Assembly (NCBI GenBank): GCA_040390125.1
Contig: JAZJYZ010000001.1
Coordinates: 163,698 to 227,697 of the forward strand
Direction: 5' to 3'
Source of the DNA: Patescibacteria group bacterium
GTDB lineage: Bacteria > Patescibacteriota > Minisyncoccia > Phycocordibacterales > Phycocordibacteraceae
Length of the DNA stretch: 64,000 nt
In this document: piece after piece, positions 9,734-20,193 of the stretch
How positions within the stretch are numbered: position 1 is the first letter of the stretch
How the letters are laid out: every line of letters starts with the position of its first letter
Position numbers and translations under genes: made by a program
Notes under the pieces: generated by a model
Seen by the model: only the letters and a program-made list of their open reading frames with translations
What the model was told of the DNA's origin: nothing
The model's database searches: none

Positions 9734-10685
9734 GTCTTTTGTTTAGTTTCTTATTTTTGGTCGACTGGAGTGATTTTTGTGTTTCTTCAATGAGAACCGC
9801 ATTTTCTTCAATTTCCTTCATGGTTCTGTTGCCTACGACAATGGCACTCACCCCAGACTCTTTGAGTATGTGTTCGAAAGCCGACCTTCTGAGTCCTTTT
9901 GGTGAAGTATTTTTTTCTAGCAATACCAAAACCTTCTTCAAAACTTGCTCGACCTTGCCTCTGTTATGTTGTAGGTTCCATTTCCAATAATCGTCAATAA
10001 GAGGTAGGTCTTCTATTTTCTTAAAGTTTCCCGTGAGGTAGCCTCTTTTTAATGGGCCTCCAACGAGAACTCCTATGCCGTATTCTTCGGCTTCTTTAAT
10101 AGCCTCTTTGCACTCAGTATCAATTAAATTGTACTGAAGCATGATGACATCAATGTCTTGCGTCAGAGCCGCTCTCACGTGTTCTGGTTCATTTTCAAAG
10201 CTGTACCCAATAGCTTTAACCAAACCTAATGCTTGGAGTGTTTTAGCGACAGCGATAGCCTTGCCATTTTTAACTTTTTCCAATGACGGTGCATGAATGA
10301 GTAGTATGTCGACATAATCCGTTTGGAGACGTCTCAAGCTTTGTTTGAATTGATCAACGATTCGTTCTGGTTCGAAATTGCTTCGGTGTGAATATTCATC
10401 GAATTGCCCAAGCTTGAGGCAATAAAATACCTCACTGCGTTTGTTTTTAAATGCTTTGCCCAATAACTCTTGGGCACGGCTCTGCAAATAGCCACGCTCG
10501 TCTTTATATTGTCCATAGACTACAGCGGCATCGAAAATATTGATGCCGAGTTTTTGTGCTGCTTGCAGGATCTCAATATTCTCTTTCTCAGAATTTGAAT
10601 GCCATCTGCCACCGCCTATCTGCCAGACACCAAAACCCAAGAGGGAAACGTCAAAACCTGTATTGCCGAGTTTTCTATAAAGCAT
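9723..10685 (-). CDS. Aldo/keto reductase family oxidoreductase
   Basis: N-terminal LGNTGFDVSLLGFGVWQIGG motif, then the AKR barrel. Confidence 0.85.
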   Translation of the reverse strand: MLYRKLGNTGFDVSLLGFGVWQIGGGRWHSNSEKENIEILQAAQKLGINIFDAAVVYGQYKDERGYLQSRAQELLGKAFKNKRSEVFYCLKLGQFDEYSHRSNFEPERIVDQFKQSLRRLQTDYVDILLIHAPSLEKVKNGKAIAVAKTLQALGLVKAIGYSFENEPEHVRAALTQDIDVIMLQYNLIDTECKEAIKEAEEYGIGVLVGGPLKRGYLTGNFKKIEDLPLIDDYWKWNLQHNRGKVEQVLKKVLVLLEKNTSPKGLRRSAFEHILKESGVSAIVVGNRTMKEIEENAVLIEETQKSLQSTKNKKLNKRHEK

Positions 10686-10831
10686 GCTTAGTATTATTGA
10701 CTTGAGTTGAGAAAGTTGTCAAAATATAAATGACATATCTTGAAAATAACTATATTTATATTGAATAAAATAGCTTAAAACTGTTGTTATTTATTTGACA
10801 AAAATATTCAATTCAGCTTAACTGTTCGTAT

Positions 10832-11611
10832 ATGAAGGAGATAGATGAGCTATTACGTGATTTCGGTTTGTCCTCAAAAGAAATCCAAGTCTTGATGGCT
10901 GTTTTTCAAGCAGGCAAAATATCTCCGGCAGCTATTGCAAAACTGACAAAACTTAAAAGACCCACGGTGTATGTTCTTGCAAAAGAGCTCGCAAAACGGG
11001 GGTTTCTTCTGGAGGACACTACAGGAAAGACTATCAATTATCTTCCTACACAGCCTGAATATTTGTCTGAAGTTATCGAACGGGAACATTCAGTTCTTGC
11101 TGAAAAGGAGCGAATCATCAAAAATATTACCGAAAGCTTAAAAAGCTTACCTCGATCTTCCACCTACGCAGTACCAAAGATTCGTTTCGTTGAAGGAGAG
11201 AAGGAGGTCGAGCAGTTTCTGTACCGTCAGATTCCTGAGTGGTTTGCGAGTATGGAGGTAGCTCATACCAGAACGTGGTGGGGGTTTCAAGATAGCTCCT
11301 TCGTTCAATCGGCTCGCTATCGCAAGTGGATAGAGTGGCACTGGAAACAGATGCCAAATGACTTTGACCTTAGATTACTTTCTAATATTTCAGACACAGA
11401 AACCGCCATGCAAGGGAAAATCAGCGAACGACGGAGAATACGCTTCTGGGAAGATGCTGATTTTACAGCCACTCAGTGGTTTATGGGTGAATACTCAGTG
11501 ATGATAATGACATCTGCTACACCGCATTATCTTGTCGAGACGAAAGATGCGGTGTATGCAAGAAATATGCGTGCATTATTCAAACATTTATGGCAGGAAG
11601 TTTCAAAATAA
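10832..11611 (+). CDS. TrmB/MarR-like winged-helix transcriptional regulator
   Basis: N-terminal HTH region LSSKEIQVLMAVFQAGKISPAAIAKLTKLKRPTVYVLAKELAKRGFL. Confidence 0.65.
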   Translation: MKEIDELLRDFGLSSKEIQVLMAVFQAGKISPAAIAKLTKLKRPTVYVLAKELAKRGFLLEDTTGKTINYLPTQPEYLSEVIEREHSVLAEKERIIKNITESLKSLPRSSTYAVPKIRFVEGEKEVEQFLYRQIPEWFASMEVAHTRTWWGFQDSSFVQSARYRKWIEWHWKQMPNDFDLRLLSNISDTETAMQGKISERRRIRFWEDADFTATQWFMGEYSVMIMTSATPHYLVETKDAVYARNMRALFKHLWQEVSK

Positions 11612-11731
11612 GTGCAGAAGGACTGAAGCCCGACAGCTGACCCCCACGGGGACTGAGATTTATAGCCAATCGTTGAACTCTTGGACAAATCGGGAGCCTG
11701 CAAGCTTCTGTGTTAGGATTTCTGCATGAAT

Positions 11732-11846
11732 CCCGTTAGAAATTGCGAATGCGAAACAGATAGAAATGGACTGCTGAGGTCGATGTTTAGTATTTTAAAT
11801 ATAGGTAGGTGCGAGGCACAGGCATTCGCATTCTATTTCTAACGGG
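11732..11846. repeat. Long imperfect inverted repeat (21-25-nt arms cccgttagaaattgcgaatgc / gcattcgcattctatttctaacggg) enclosing about 70 nt; it ends exactly at the tpiA start codon
   Basis: Arms are reverse complements with one 4-nt bulge. Confidence 0.55.
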
Positions 11847-12599
11847 ATGAAAAAACTCATCGTCGGTAACTGGAAACTGTATGTGAATACTCCTGCTGAA
11901 GGCAAAAAGCTCATTCGTGACATTGATAAGAAACTGCCCCGTGGACTCAAAGTGGAAGTAGCACTATGTCCGCAAGTGTCGCTCGCACCTCTTTTGAAGA
12001 GTGAGTATAAAGGGAAACGAATGTCTTTTGGTACGCAGGATGTTTTTTTCGAAGGGGGTGGAGCTCATACGGGGCAGACGTCTCCAAAAGCTCTTGTCGC
12101 ATCTGGAATTAAGTATGTAATTGTGGGGCACGCAGAAAGAAGAGCAGAGGGGGACACTGATGAAATTGTTGCAAAAAAAGCAGTCACGGCAATTAAGGCA
12201 AAATTGCACCCAATCGTGTGTGTTGGTGAACCATCTCGTGACTCTGAGGGTGTGTATTTAACATATCTTGCGAACAGCGTGATTTCTTCACTCGCTCGTA
12301 TTGAAGCTACGGACGCTTCAAAATTTACTATTGCGTATGACCCACTGTGGGCCATTGGTGCCCCGCTCGCTCCATCGCCTCGCATTGTTGCGGAGGCGGT
12401 TATGTTCATCAGAAAAACTATTGCAGATATGTGGGGACGAGAACGTGCGCTGAAAGTTCGTATTATTTATGGAGGCTCAGTCAATGCAGAAAGTGCTGCA
12501 TTGTTTGCAGCAACTCCTGGTATACAAGGCCTTCTTCCGGGACGTGCAAGTGTTGACGCAGAAGAATTTACAGGAATCATTCGGGCTTTCAATTCGTAA
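11847..12599 (+). CDS. tpiA: Triosephosphate isomerase
   Basis: 250-aa ORF that reads as triosephosphate isomerase; directly upstream of pgk, the usual glycolytic pairing. Confidence 0.93.
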   Translation: MKKLIVGNWKLYVNTPAEGKKLIRDIDKKLPRGLKVEVALCPQVSLAPLLKSEYKGKRMSFGTQDVFFEGGGAHTGQTSPKALVASGIKYVIVGHAERRAEGDTDEIVAKKAVTAIKAKLHPIVCVGEPSRDSEGVYLTYLANSVISSLARIEATDASKFTIAYDPLWAIGAPLAPSPRIVAEAVMFIRKTIADMWGRERALKVRIIYGGSVNAESAALFAATPGIQGLLPGRASVDAEEFTGIIRAFNS

Positions 12600-12612
12600 A
12601 TCCAATTTGTTC

Positions 12613-13725
12613 ATGCACTCTATTGAAACAGTAACGAATTTGAGTGGTGTGCGAGTACTCGTGCGTTGTTCCTATGATGTGCCGGTAAAGGATGAAGTCG
12701 TTGTCGATACCATCCGACTGGACAACGGTTTACAGACGGTGGAGTATTTAATACGTAAAGGTGCACGTATTATTCTCATTGGGCACATTGGGCGAGATCC
12801 AAAAAATTCTTTGAAGCCCGTGTATGAATATCTGAAACAAAAAATAAATCTTACATTCGTTGATGATATTACTGGCGATGTAGCGCACAGGGCAGTTGAA
12901 GCTCTTGAGGACGGCGGAGTACTGTTGCTCGAGAATTTGCGTCGTGACCCTGGTGAGAAAGGTAATGATGAAAATTTCGCTCATTCGCTTGCATCTCTTG
13001 CGGACATATACGTGGATGATGCATTTACAAATGCACATCGCCATCATGCGTCCATGGTGGGAGTGACGAAGTTGTTGCCTTCGTATGCAGGATTTCAGTT
13101 TCTTGCTGAGGTGGAAGGGTTGAAGTCAGCTCTTGCCCCTTCGAGCCCGTCTCTAGCAATCGTAGGCGGAGCAAAATTTGAAACTAAAGTAGTATTGGTA
13201 CATACGCTTTTAGAAAAATACGACTTTGTGTTTGTAGGTGGTGCGGTTGTAAATGATTTTTTTGTCGCAAAAGGATACAGCGTAGGTAAGTCGCTTGTTT
13301 CAAAAACGCCGGTGGACAAGGACATTTTACAGAGTCCAAAAATACTTCTTCCAGAAATAGTAACAGTTGAGGGCTCAGGTGGTCGACGTGATGTATTGGT
13401 GCGTGATGTTCTAGAGGACGACGTTATTTTAGATATTGCTCCCGCATCTATTTTGGCACTCCAGCCAACTATTAATTCGGCACGCTCTATTTTATGGAAC
13501 GGTCCGATGGGTAATTTTGAAAAAGGATTTACTGCAGGGACTGACGCACTTGCCATTGCTATTGCTGGGTCGTCCGCAAAATCCATTGTTGGTGGCGGGG
13601 ACACCCTTTCCTCAATTCAAAATCTTGGGCTCATGGATAAATTTACGTTCGTTTCAACAGCGGGGGGCGCCATGCTCGACTTTCTTGCAAACGGCACGTT
13701 GCCGGGGATTGAAGCGCTTGACTAG
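12613..13725 (+). CDS. pgk: Phosphoglycerate kinase (start at ATG 12613 or TTG 12607; the track ORF begins earlier inside tpiA)
   Basis: PGK N- and C-domain sequence; gene order tpiA-pgk. Confidence 0.92.
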   Translation: MHSIETVTNLSGVRVLVRCSYDVPVKDEVVVDTIRLDNGLQTVEYLIRKGARIILIGHIGRDPKNSLKPVYEYLKQKINLTFVDDITGDVAHRAVEALEDGGVLLLENLRRDPGEKGNDENFAHSLASLADIYVDDAFTNAHRHHASMVGVTKLLPSYAGFQFLAEVEGLKSALAPSSPSLAIVGGAKFETKVVLVHTLLEKYDFVFVGGAVVNDFFVAKGYSVGKSLVSKTPVDKDILQSPKILLPEIVTVEGSGGRRDVLVRDVLEDDVILDIAPASILALQPTINSARSILWNGPMGNFEKGFTAGTDALAIAIAGSSAKSIVGGGDTLSSIQNLGLMDKFTFVSTAGGAMLDFLANGTLPGIEALD

Positions 13726-13781
13726 GCTTAATTGTTGTAGTTCTATAGACTAAATACATAGTTAATTTTTAATCAAAGAAT

Positions 13782-14030
13782 ATGCCTGGACCTCGTTTGG
13801 AACGTTTTTTATTAAAGCTTGTACCACGAAGAAGCTTAGAAAGGGAATCAGATAGACTGTACGGTTTAGTATATAAGCATGCAGCGTTTGAGCACCATGA
13901 CGCTCGATTAAAGATAGTGGATGACGAGATTGGGGATCGTAATTTTAAAAAATACGGAACCAGGGTGCACCTTGAACCAAGACGTAAACCGGTAAGACTA
14001 GGAAAACCAAAGAAAGGATGGTTTGGTTAG
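13782..14030 (+). CDS. Hypothetical basic 82-aa ORF
   Basis: ORF only. Confidence 0.2.
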   Translation: MPGPRLERFLLKLVPRRSLERESDRLYGLVYKHAAFEHHDARLKIVDDEIGDRNFKKYGTRVHLEPRRKPVRLGKPKKGWFG

Positions 14031-14091
14031 TTTAAAAAAGAGATCCCCCCTAAACACTAGATGATTCCTGCGGATCCGATGAAACTGGTCC

Positions 14092-14520
14092 CTACGGACA
14101 CGACGAAGCGTCGCCTAAACCCTGCTTAATTTTCTCCGCCACTTCTTTTGCTCCTCCTTCTTTATATTCAGTTCCTATCCACGGCTTATGGGGGTCTCCT
14201 TCAATGCGGGGGATGATGTGCATGTGTGCATGAAATACTAGCTGATGTGCGGCAGGTTCGTTGTTCATTGTTATGTTAATGCCGTCTGCTCCGACGGCAT
14301 TTTTTATGACGGGTGCAAGATAGTACACTGTTTTCATTACTTCTAGCCAAACACTTTCCGGCATGTCCAGCATATTTCTATAATGAACTTTTGGAACTAC
14401 GAGTGTGTGGCCTGCATTATTAGGACGGATATCAAGAAATGCGAACGTATGCTCGTTTTCAAATAGCATTTCTGCCGGGATTTCTTTGGCAATTATTTTA
14501 CAAAATAGACAATCAGTCAT
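14092..14520 (-). CDS. HIT-family (histidine triad) nucleotide hydrolase
   Basis: HAHMHIIP histidine triad motif. Confidence 0.9.
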   Translation of the reverse strand: MTDCLFCKIIAKEIPAEMLFENEHTFAFLDIRPNNAGHTLVVPKVHYRNMLDMPESVWLEVMKTVYYLAPVIKNAVGADGINITMNNEPAAHQLVFHAHMHIIPRIEGDPHKPWIGTEYKEGGAKEVAEKIKQGLGDASSCP

Positions 14521-14623
14521 AGGTTAGGTGTCAGCTGCCAGCTTTCAGGTTCCAGCTTCTCTTAATTCAAAGCTGAAAGCTGGAACCTGAAAGCTTCCTC
14601 TCTAAAATGTTACCATGTCCTAA

Positions 14624-16309
14624 ATGCAGATACTCCACCCGTTAGTCGAGCGAATACTTGAAAATAGAAAGATTGAAGACCGAGAGTTGTTCTTGAATCC
14701 TCTGTATGACGCAAGACACGACCCATTTCTTTTGAAGGGGATGGATGTGTCAGTTGCACGGATTCTCGAAGCAATAAAAAAAGGAGAAAAGATATGCGTA
14801 TGGCACGACTATGATTGTGATGGCATTCCCGGTGGAGCACTTCTTTTTGATTTTTTTCGTCGCATTGGATATGAGATCGAAACATACGTGCCCGAGCGAA
14901 GTGAAGGATATGGGCTCAATGTTCCCGGCATTGATTCTCTGAAAGAAAAAGGAATCTCTCTTATCATCACTGTTGATTGTGGAATCACTGATGTTCTAGA
15001 AGTGGCACATGCAAACAGTCTTGGAATTGAAACAATTGTTACTGACCATCACCTTCCGCAGGCAACACTTCCACCAGCACTTGCAGTTATCAATGCGCAC
15101 CAATCGGATGATGTGTATCCGTTCAAGGGGCTGTGTGGCACTGGTGTTGCATTTAAGTTAGTAGAAGCTCTCATTCAAAAAGGTTCGTTCAATATACCCG
15201 AAGGATCTGAAAAGTGGCTATTGGATTTGGTAGCAGTTGCAACAGTTGCGGACATGGTGCCGTTAACTGGTGAGAATCGTACTCTTGTAAAATATGGGCT
15301 CACGGTTCTGAGAAAAGGCAGACGTCCTGGCTTGAAGGCATTGCTGGAAGCTGAACGCATTCCGCTTATGACCGTTGCTGAGGATGATATCGCTTTTTCT
15401 ATTGCACCAAAAATAAATGCGGCGTCACGTATGAAGAGTCCGAAACTTTCCTTCGAGCTTCTCACAACCGAGTCAGAAACACGAGCACGGGAAATTGCAA
15501 AAGAGTTAGTGCAGTTAAATCAAGCACGGAAAATCGAAGGTATGCATGTAGCCAAAGATGTGAAGAAACGAATGGAAATGATGCCGAGCATTGATTCTGT
15601 AGTGGTTATGGGGAGTCAATCATGGCGACCCTCACTTTTAGGCATAGCGGCAACGAATATTGTTGAAACGTATCAGCGTACCGTGTGCTTGTGGGGAATG
15701 GACCCTTCGACCGACTCAGGGCAAGTGGGTCTTATTAAAGGATCATGCAGGTCAAACGGCACCGTGAATATTGTTTCCTTAATGGTAGAAGCCAAAGATG
15801 CCTTTTTGGATTTTGGTGGGCATGAGCTTGCGGGCGGGTTTTCTGTCTCGCCTGAAAAAATTCATGATTTACCTCTGAAGCTTCAGCAAGCACTCGAGTC
15901 GCTTACGTCGAGAGGGGGCGGAGAAATAGATTCAGGGGCCAGAAATAAAGGCGTAGTTGAAAGTTCATTAACACTCGCTGAAGTAAATGACATTGCATTT
16001 GATGCGCTTCGTTCTCTTGCTCCCTTTGGTATGGAAAATCCAAAGCCTTTTTTCAAATTCAACAACGTTTCAGTTCTCGGGATTAATCGTTTTGGTAAAG
16101 CAAAAGAACACATTCGGCTTACTTTTTCCGATGATTCGGGACGGAAAACAGACGGCATCGTTTTCTTCGTTCCACGTTCCTCATTCAAAGATACGCTCGA
16201 GCTTCTCTCGGTAGGGGATATGTGTACCATTGAGGCATCTATTGAGCGTTCGTATTTTGCTGGTAGGAAAGAATTACGTTTACGAATAGAAAACATGCTT
16301 GTGTCTTAG
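14624..16309 (+). CDS. recJ: Single-stranded-DNA-specific 5'-3' exonuclease RecJ (DHH/DHHA1)
   Basis: 561-aa ORF carrying a DHH motif (TDHH at the VTDHHLP stretch), consistent with DHH/DHHA1 architecture. Confidence 0.9.
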   Translation: MQILHPLVERILENRKIEDRELFLNPLYDARHDPFLLKGMDVSVARILEAIKKGEKICVWHDYDCDGIPGGALLFDFFRRIGYEIETYVPERSEGYGLNVPGIDSLKEKGISLIITVDCGITDVLEVAHANSLGIETIVTDHHLPQATLPPALAVINAHQSDDVYPFKGLCGTGVAFKLVEALIQKGSFNIPEGSEKWLLDLVAVATVADMVPLTGENRTLVKYGLTVLRKGRRPGLKALLEAERIPLMTVAEDDIAFSIAPKINAASRMKSPKLSFELLTTESETRAREIAKELVQLNQARKIEGMHVAKDVKKRMEMMPSIDSVVVMGSQSWRPSLLGIAATNIVETYQRTVCLWGMDPSTDSGQVGLIKGSCRSNGTVNIVSLMVEAKDAFLDFGGHELAGGFSVSPEKIHDLPLKLQQALESLTSRGGGEIDSGARNKGVVESSLTLAEVNDIAFDALRSLAPFGMENPKPFFKFNNVSVLGINRFGKAKEHIRLTFSDDSGRKTDGIVFFVPRSSFKDTLELLSVGDMCTIEASIERSYFAGRKELRLRIENMLVS

Positions 16310-16315
16310 ATCTCT

Positions 16316-17023
16316 ATGAAAAAAGTTATACATCGAAGTGATGAGCGAGGGAGAGGAGAATACGGCTGGCTTACTACTCGCTACAGTTTTAGTTTTGCAG
16401 ATTGGCATGAGCCGACACGTATGGGTTTTGGCGCACTTCGAGTTATTAACGACGACGTGATTTCAGCAAGCTCCGGTTTTGGTATGCACCATCATCGAGA
16501 TATGGAAATAATTACTATAGTCACTAAAGGTACGGTGACCCATAAAGACAGTATGGGAAACGTCGGGGCAGTTCCCGCAGGTGACGTGCAGGTTATGTCG
16601 GCGGGAACTGGTGTTACTCACTCCGAATATAATGACTCGAAAGAAGAAGTGCTTTCTTTATTTCAAATATGGATACAGCCAAAAGAGTTTGGTATTAAAC
16701 CCAAGTACGCTCAAAAATCTTTTAATCTTGCTGAAGTAAAGAATGGACTGACACTTCTTGTTGCACCTATTGGAATGGGAGATGGTTTGCCTATCAATCA
16801 GGACGCATATATTTCGTATGCAGTGTTGGACAAAAATACTCCGTGCAACTACACGTTGAGAGAGAAAGGTAATGGTGTGTATCTCTTTGTGGTGAACGGC
16901 GATGTCACTTTTGACGGGGAAATTCTAAACTCAAGGGATGCCGTGGGTGTGTCGGGTGCAGATGAGTTGCTGATGACCTCTTCTCTTTCAGCACGAGTAC
17001 TTGTTATTGAGGCTCCTGTCTAA
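16316..17023 (+). CDS. Pirin-family cupin protein
   Basis: GFGMHHHRDMEIITIV motif (pirin HPHRGFE-like). Confidence 0.82.
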   Translation: MKKVIHRSDERGRGEYGWLTTRYSFSFADWHEPTRMGFGALRVINDDVISASSGFGMHHHRDMEIITIVTKGTVTHKDSMGNVGAVPAGDVQVMSAGTGVTHSEYNDSKEEVLSLFQIWIQPKEFGIKPKYAQKSFNLAEVKNGLTLLVAPIGMGDGLPINQDAYISYAVLDKNTPCNYTLREKGNGVYLFVVNGDVTFDGEILNSRDAVGVSGADELLMTSSLSARVLVIEAPV

Positions 17024-17052
17024 AAGGTTTTTTGAAAATTGGTCTAACGTAT

Positions 17053-17328
17053 CTATATTCTTCCGCTTCCACCACAGGTGGAACATTTTCTGTATGCCCA
17101 TCTTTTTTGTGGGACTCGAAATCTACCCGCTAGTTCAGTTTTCCAATACCCTAACCTCTTTTGTCCCTTGCACACTGGACACTTCTGCTTTCTTTTTTCG
17201 GGTGGACGAGAACCCGCAGTTTTTGATCCGATCATGGGGTCAAGTTTCACATCGGGATAGTTTTCTTTTCGCGCCTTCAGTCTTTCTTGACGTTTTTCTC
17301 TGGGTCTTTCTATCCGGTTCCTTGACAT
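17053..17328 (-). CDS. Hypothetical small basic zinc-ribbon protein (CPVCKG ... CSTCGG)
   Basis: Two CxxC pairs; lysine/arginine-rich. Confidence 0.35.
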   Translation of the reverse strand: MSRNRIERPREKRQERLKARKENYPDVKLDPMIGSKTAGSRPPEKRKQKCPVCKGQKRLGYWKTELAGRFRVPQKRWAYRKCSTCGGSGRI

Positions 17329-17437
17329 ATTCTTATTGTATTCAATATATAATTTTTTATAAATATGTCAAAAAAGCATCTCCTGAATTCAACCTCTCCC
17401 TGCGTATCTACATTCAAGCGTAGGATACAATACCCCA

Positions 17438-17857
17438 ATGTCTCAGATAATTATTTATACCGATGGAGGGTCTCGGGGGAATCCAGGGCCGTCGGGTTCG
17501 GGCGCTGTGGTAAAGGGTTTGAATGGAAAGAACGTCGCAAGTATCTCGGCGTTTTTGGGAGTACGCACTAACAACTGGGCGGAATATGAAGCACTCATTT
17601 TGGCACTTCGTGCTGCTGTTGATGCATTTGGAACACCAGTACCACATGGAGTGGTTGTGAGAATGGATTCAGAATTAATTGTTCGACAGATGAAAGGCGA
17701 ATATAAAGTAAAACATCCAGTGCTTAAGGAGCAATACACAAAGGTCCGTGTACTTATTGCAGAATCATTTCCTCAAATAAAATTTACACATATACCACGT
17801 GAAGAAAACAGCGAAGCAGACGCTCTTGCAAACGAAGCAATGGATCGAGGGGTTTAA
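17438..17857 (+). CDS. rnhA: Ribonuclease HI
   Basis: IYTDGGSRGNPGPSG motif. Confidence 0.9.
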   Translation: MSQIIIYTDGGSRGNPGPSGSGAVVKGLNGKNVASISAFLGVRTNNWAEYEALILALRAAVDAFGTPVPHGVVVRMDSELIVRQMKGEYKVKHPVLKEQYTKVRVLIAESFPQIKFTHIPREENSEADALANEAMDRGV

Positions 17858-17859
17858 AC

Positions 17860-19224
17860 ATGCGTGCCGATTGGCTACTTCGTTTCATTGTCCCCGTACT
17901 CTGTATCGGGACGGTCATTGGTGCGGGAGCATATTCGGTATTTGCACCTGAAAAACTTTCCTCGCTTTTTGAGGATTCCATTGGTAGTACCTCTGTCATT
18001 GAAGGTGTGGTTATTAGAGATCCTGATCAACGTGAACGCACGACGCATCTTGCAGTGGAGGTGCAAAAGTTGAATGGCGTTTCTGTTACAGAGAAGGTGC
18101 GAGTGCTTATTTTCTCAGATACGTTTGAGACTGCCGTCTATGGCGACCGCATTAGTGTGAAAGGAAAAATTAAAAAGCCCGAACCATTTGAAACTGATTC
18201 AGGGCGAACATTTAATTATCCAAAATATCTTCGTGCGCACGGCATTCTTTACACGATGTCTTCACCGAGTGTTGCGAAACTAGCGACGGGAGAAGGGAAC
18301 CCTATTGTTGCAGAGCTTCTCTCAATAAAGCACTCGTTTATCAAGGGTATCGAGCGTGCGGTGCCAGAACCTGAATCAGCCTTGCTTGCAGGGTTACTTC
18401 TTGGCGAGAAGCAGTCGCTCGGCGAAAAGCTCACGGAAGCATTCCGCAATGCTGGCGTGGTGCACATCATCGTGCTCTCTGGCTACAACGTGGCACTCGT
18501 TATTCAATGGATTTCGTTCGTATTTTTAAAAATATTTTCACAGAGGGTGGCGTATATTTTTTCCGCACTTTTTGTCGTTGGCTTTGCGATAATGACCGGC
18601 GGATCTGAAACGACTATTCGCGCCCTCATCATGGCGCTTCTCATGATGGTTGCAACCGTTTTGCATCGACCAAAGGCAGCACTTCGCATGCTCGCCATTG
18701 CTGCCGCCACAATGGCAGTCATGAATCCGTTTATCGTTTTGTATGATCTCTCGTTCCAGCTCTCCATTCTTGCAACGCTCGGGCTCATACTATTTTCTGA
18801 AACACTCGCGAGTCGTTTAACGTTCATTCCTAATTTTAAATACTTCCCATTTCGGGAAATTGTATCGACGACTCTGGCAACGCAGGTAACCGTGTTGCCA
18901 CTTCTTATATTTTCTATTGGAGCAGTATCTCTTGTATTTTTGCCCGCGAATGTTCTGGTTCTTCCGGCAGTTCCTGTTGCAATGTTTGTTGGATTCTTTG
19001 CATCGATTACTGCACTTCTCTCGCCGATACTCGCTTTTCCATTAAGTATTGTTGCGTATGGAATTCTTTCCTACATTATTTCTATCGCAACATTTTTTGG
19101 GTCACTGCCATTTGCATCGCTCCCTATTCCACGGGAGTGGATGTGGCCACTGTTAATGGTGCTCGGGTTTGCGTATGCGACCATTGGATGGTTACTGTTT
19201 CACCTAAGGCAGAAATTTTTCTAG
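17860..19224 (+). CDS. comEC: ComEC/Rec2 DNA-internalization channel protein (N-terminal OB-type domain plus the polytopic competence domain); it lacks the C-terminal metallo-beta-lactamase domain
   Basis: LLGEKQSLGEKLTEAFRNAGVVHIIVLSGYNVALV competence-domain signature; 454 aa, ending after the membrane domain. Confidence 0.85.
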   Translation: MRADWLLRFIVPVLCIGTVIGAGAYSVFAPEKLSSLFEDSIGSTSVIEGVVIRDPDQRERTTHLAVEVQKLNGVSVTEKVRVLIFSDTFETAVYGDRISVKGKIKKPEPFETDSGRTFNYPKYLRAHGILYTMSSPSVAKLATGEGNPIVAELLSIKHSFIKGIERAVPEPESALLAGLLLGEKQSLGEKLTEAFRNAGVVHIIVLSGYNVALVIQWISFVFLKIFSQRVAYIFSALFVVGFAIMTGGSETTIRALIMALLMMVATVLHRPKAALRMLAIAAATMAVMNPFIVLYDLSFQLSILATLGLILFSETLASRLTFIPNFKYFPFREIVSTTLATQVTVLPLLIFSIGAVSLVFLPANVLVLPAVPVAMFVGFFASITALLSPILAFPLSIVAYGILSYIISIATFFGSLPFASLPIPREWMWPLLMVLGFAYATIGWLLFHLRQKFF

Positions 19225-19235
19225 CGTGCATATAT

Positions 19236-19265
19236 AAAAAGCCCTCAAATGAAGGCTTTTTATAA
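19236..19265. terminator. Hairpin agccctc aaatg aaggct with flanking A/T runs; a likely bidirectional terminator between convergent comEC and sod
   Basis: Imperfect 7-bp stem with a T-run. Confidence 0.45.
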
Positions 19266-19431
19266 AGCAATTGTCTACGCTCTTATTATTTATACATGCG
19301 ATTGCCTCTGGGCTCGCTTTGCGTTACGCCTCTGTGCACGTTCCCGGCGCAACATGTTAAAGTAATGCCGGAACCGCCATGATGCTGGCATTGCATTGGT
19401 ATATCTTTCATCCATATTTTAGTATAGTACA

Positions 19432-20016
19432 CTAACTAGTTGCCTTTGTCAAGCACTTACTAACAACTACGCCGTTCAGGTTTTTAAAGAAGGCCTCTAT
19501 ATATTGTTTTTTCTCAGCCGGAGTGTAATCCACCATGTAGGCGTGCTCCCACATATCGAGTGCAAGAATTGTTTTTGTGTCGTTGAGTTGTCCTAACTCG
19601 TGGTCAGCAACAAAGTGAGTGAGGAAGTTTTTAGTTGTTGCATCATATGAAAGCAATGCCCAGCCGATGCCTCGCATCATTCCGACGGCTTTAAATTCAT
19701 TTTCCCATGATTCATATGAGCCGTACTGCGATACGAGTGCATCCTTGAGAGAGCCTTCGATAGGGGCGGGCGTTCCCTCCCACTGTGAGAAGTAGTGTTC
19801 GTGCATGCGCATGCCGTTCCACTCAAATCCGATGCGTCGAGTTACTTCAGCGAGGGCGTATGCGTTTTTTTCTGAATCTTTTTTCAGATCCAGAGCGGTT
19901 TCCTCAAGTGTGTTTAAAAATTTCACATAGCCCTCATATAGCTTGATGTGTATCTCAAGTTGCTTTGGTGAAATACCGTCCAAGTTTCCAAAGGTGAATT
20001 TTTTTGCAGTGTACAT
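19432..20016 (-). CDS. Fe/Mn superoxide dismutase
   Basis: DMWEHAYMVDY motif. Confidence 0.93.
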   Translation of the reverse strand: MYTAKKFTFGNLDGISPKQLEIHIKLYEGYVKFLNTLEETALDLKKDSEKNAYALAEVTRRIGFEWNGMRMHEHYFSQWEGTPAPIEGSLKDALVSQYGSYESWENEFKAVGMMRGIGWALLSYDATTKNFLTHFVADHELGQLNDTKTILALDMWEHAYMVDYTPAEKKQYIEAFFKNLNGVVVSKCLTKATS

Positions 20017-20193
20017 ATGAATTAGTGATCAGTGTACAGGGTTCAGTGTTTAGAGAAAAATCTTCTGAGTGGCTATTTGGGCCTTGGGAGCATTATATCA
20101 TTGTGGGTGTGGCGAGAATCCCAGTGAGCAGACTTTTGGTGTTACGACGCTTCGTATGGAAATATTTAAATTTTAAAGCGAATAGCTATTTGA

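Noticed and set aside
12469-12612. Track ORF start for pgk inside the 3' end of tpiA
   Set aside because: It would create a 130-nt overlap with tpiA; ATG 12613 or TTG 12607 just after the tpiA stop gives a normal PGK N-terminus.
19270-19431. ~160-nt untranslated stretch downstream of sod (minus strand) before the bidirectional terminator, considered as a 3'UTR-derived sRNA
   Set aside because: Only weak local hairpins and no recognisable motif; left as a long 3' UTR.
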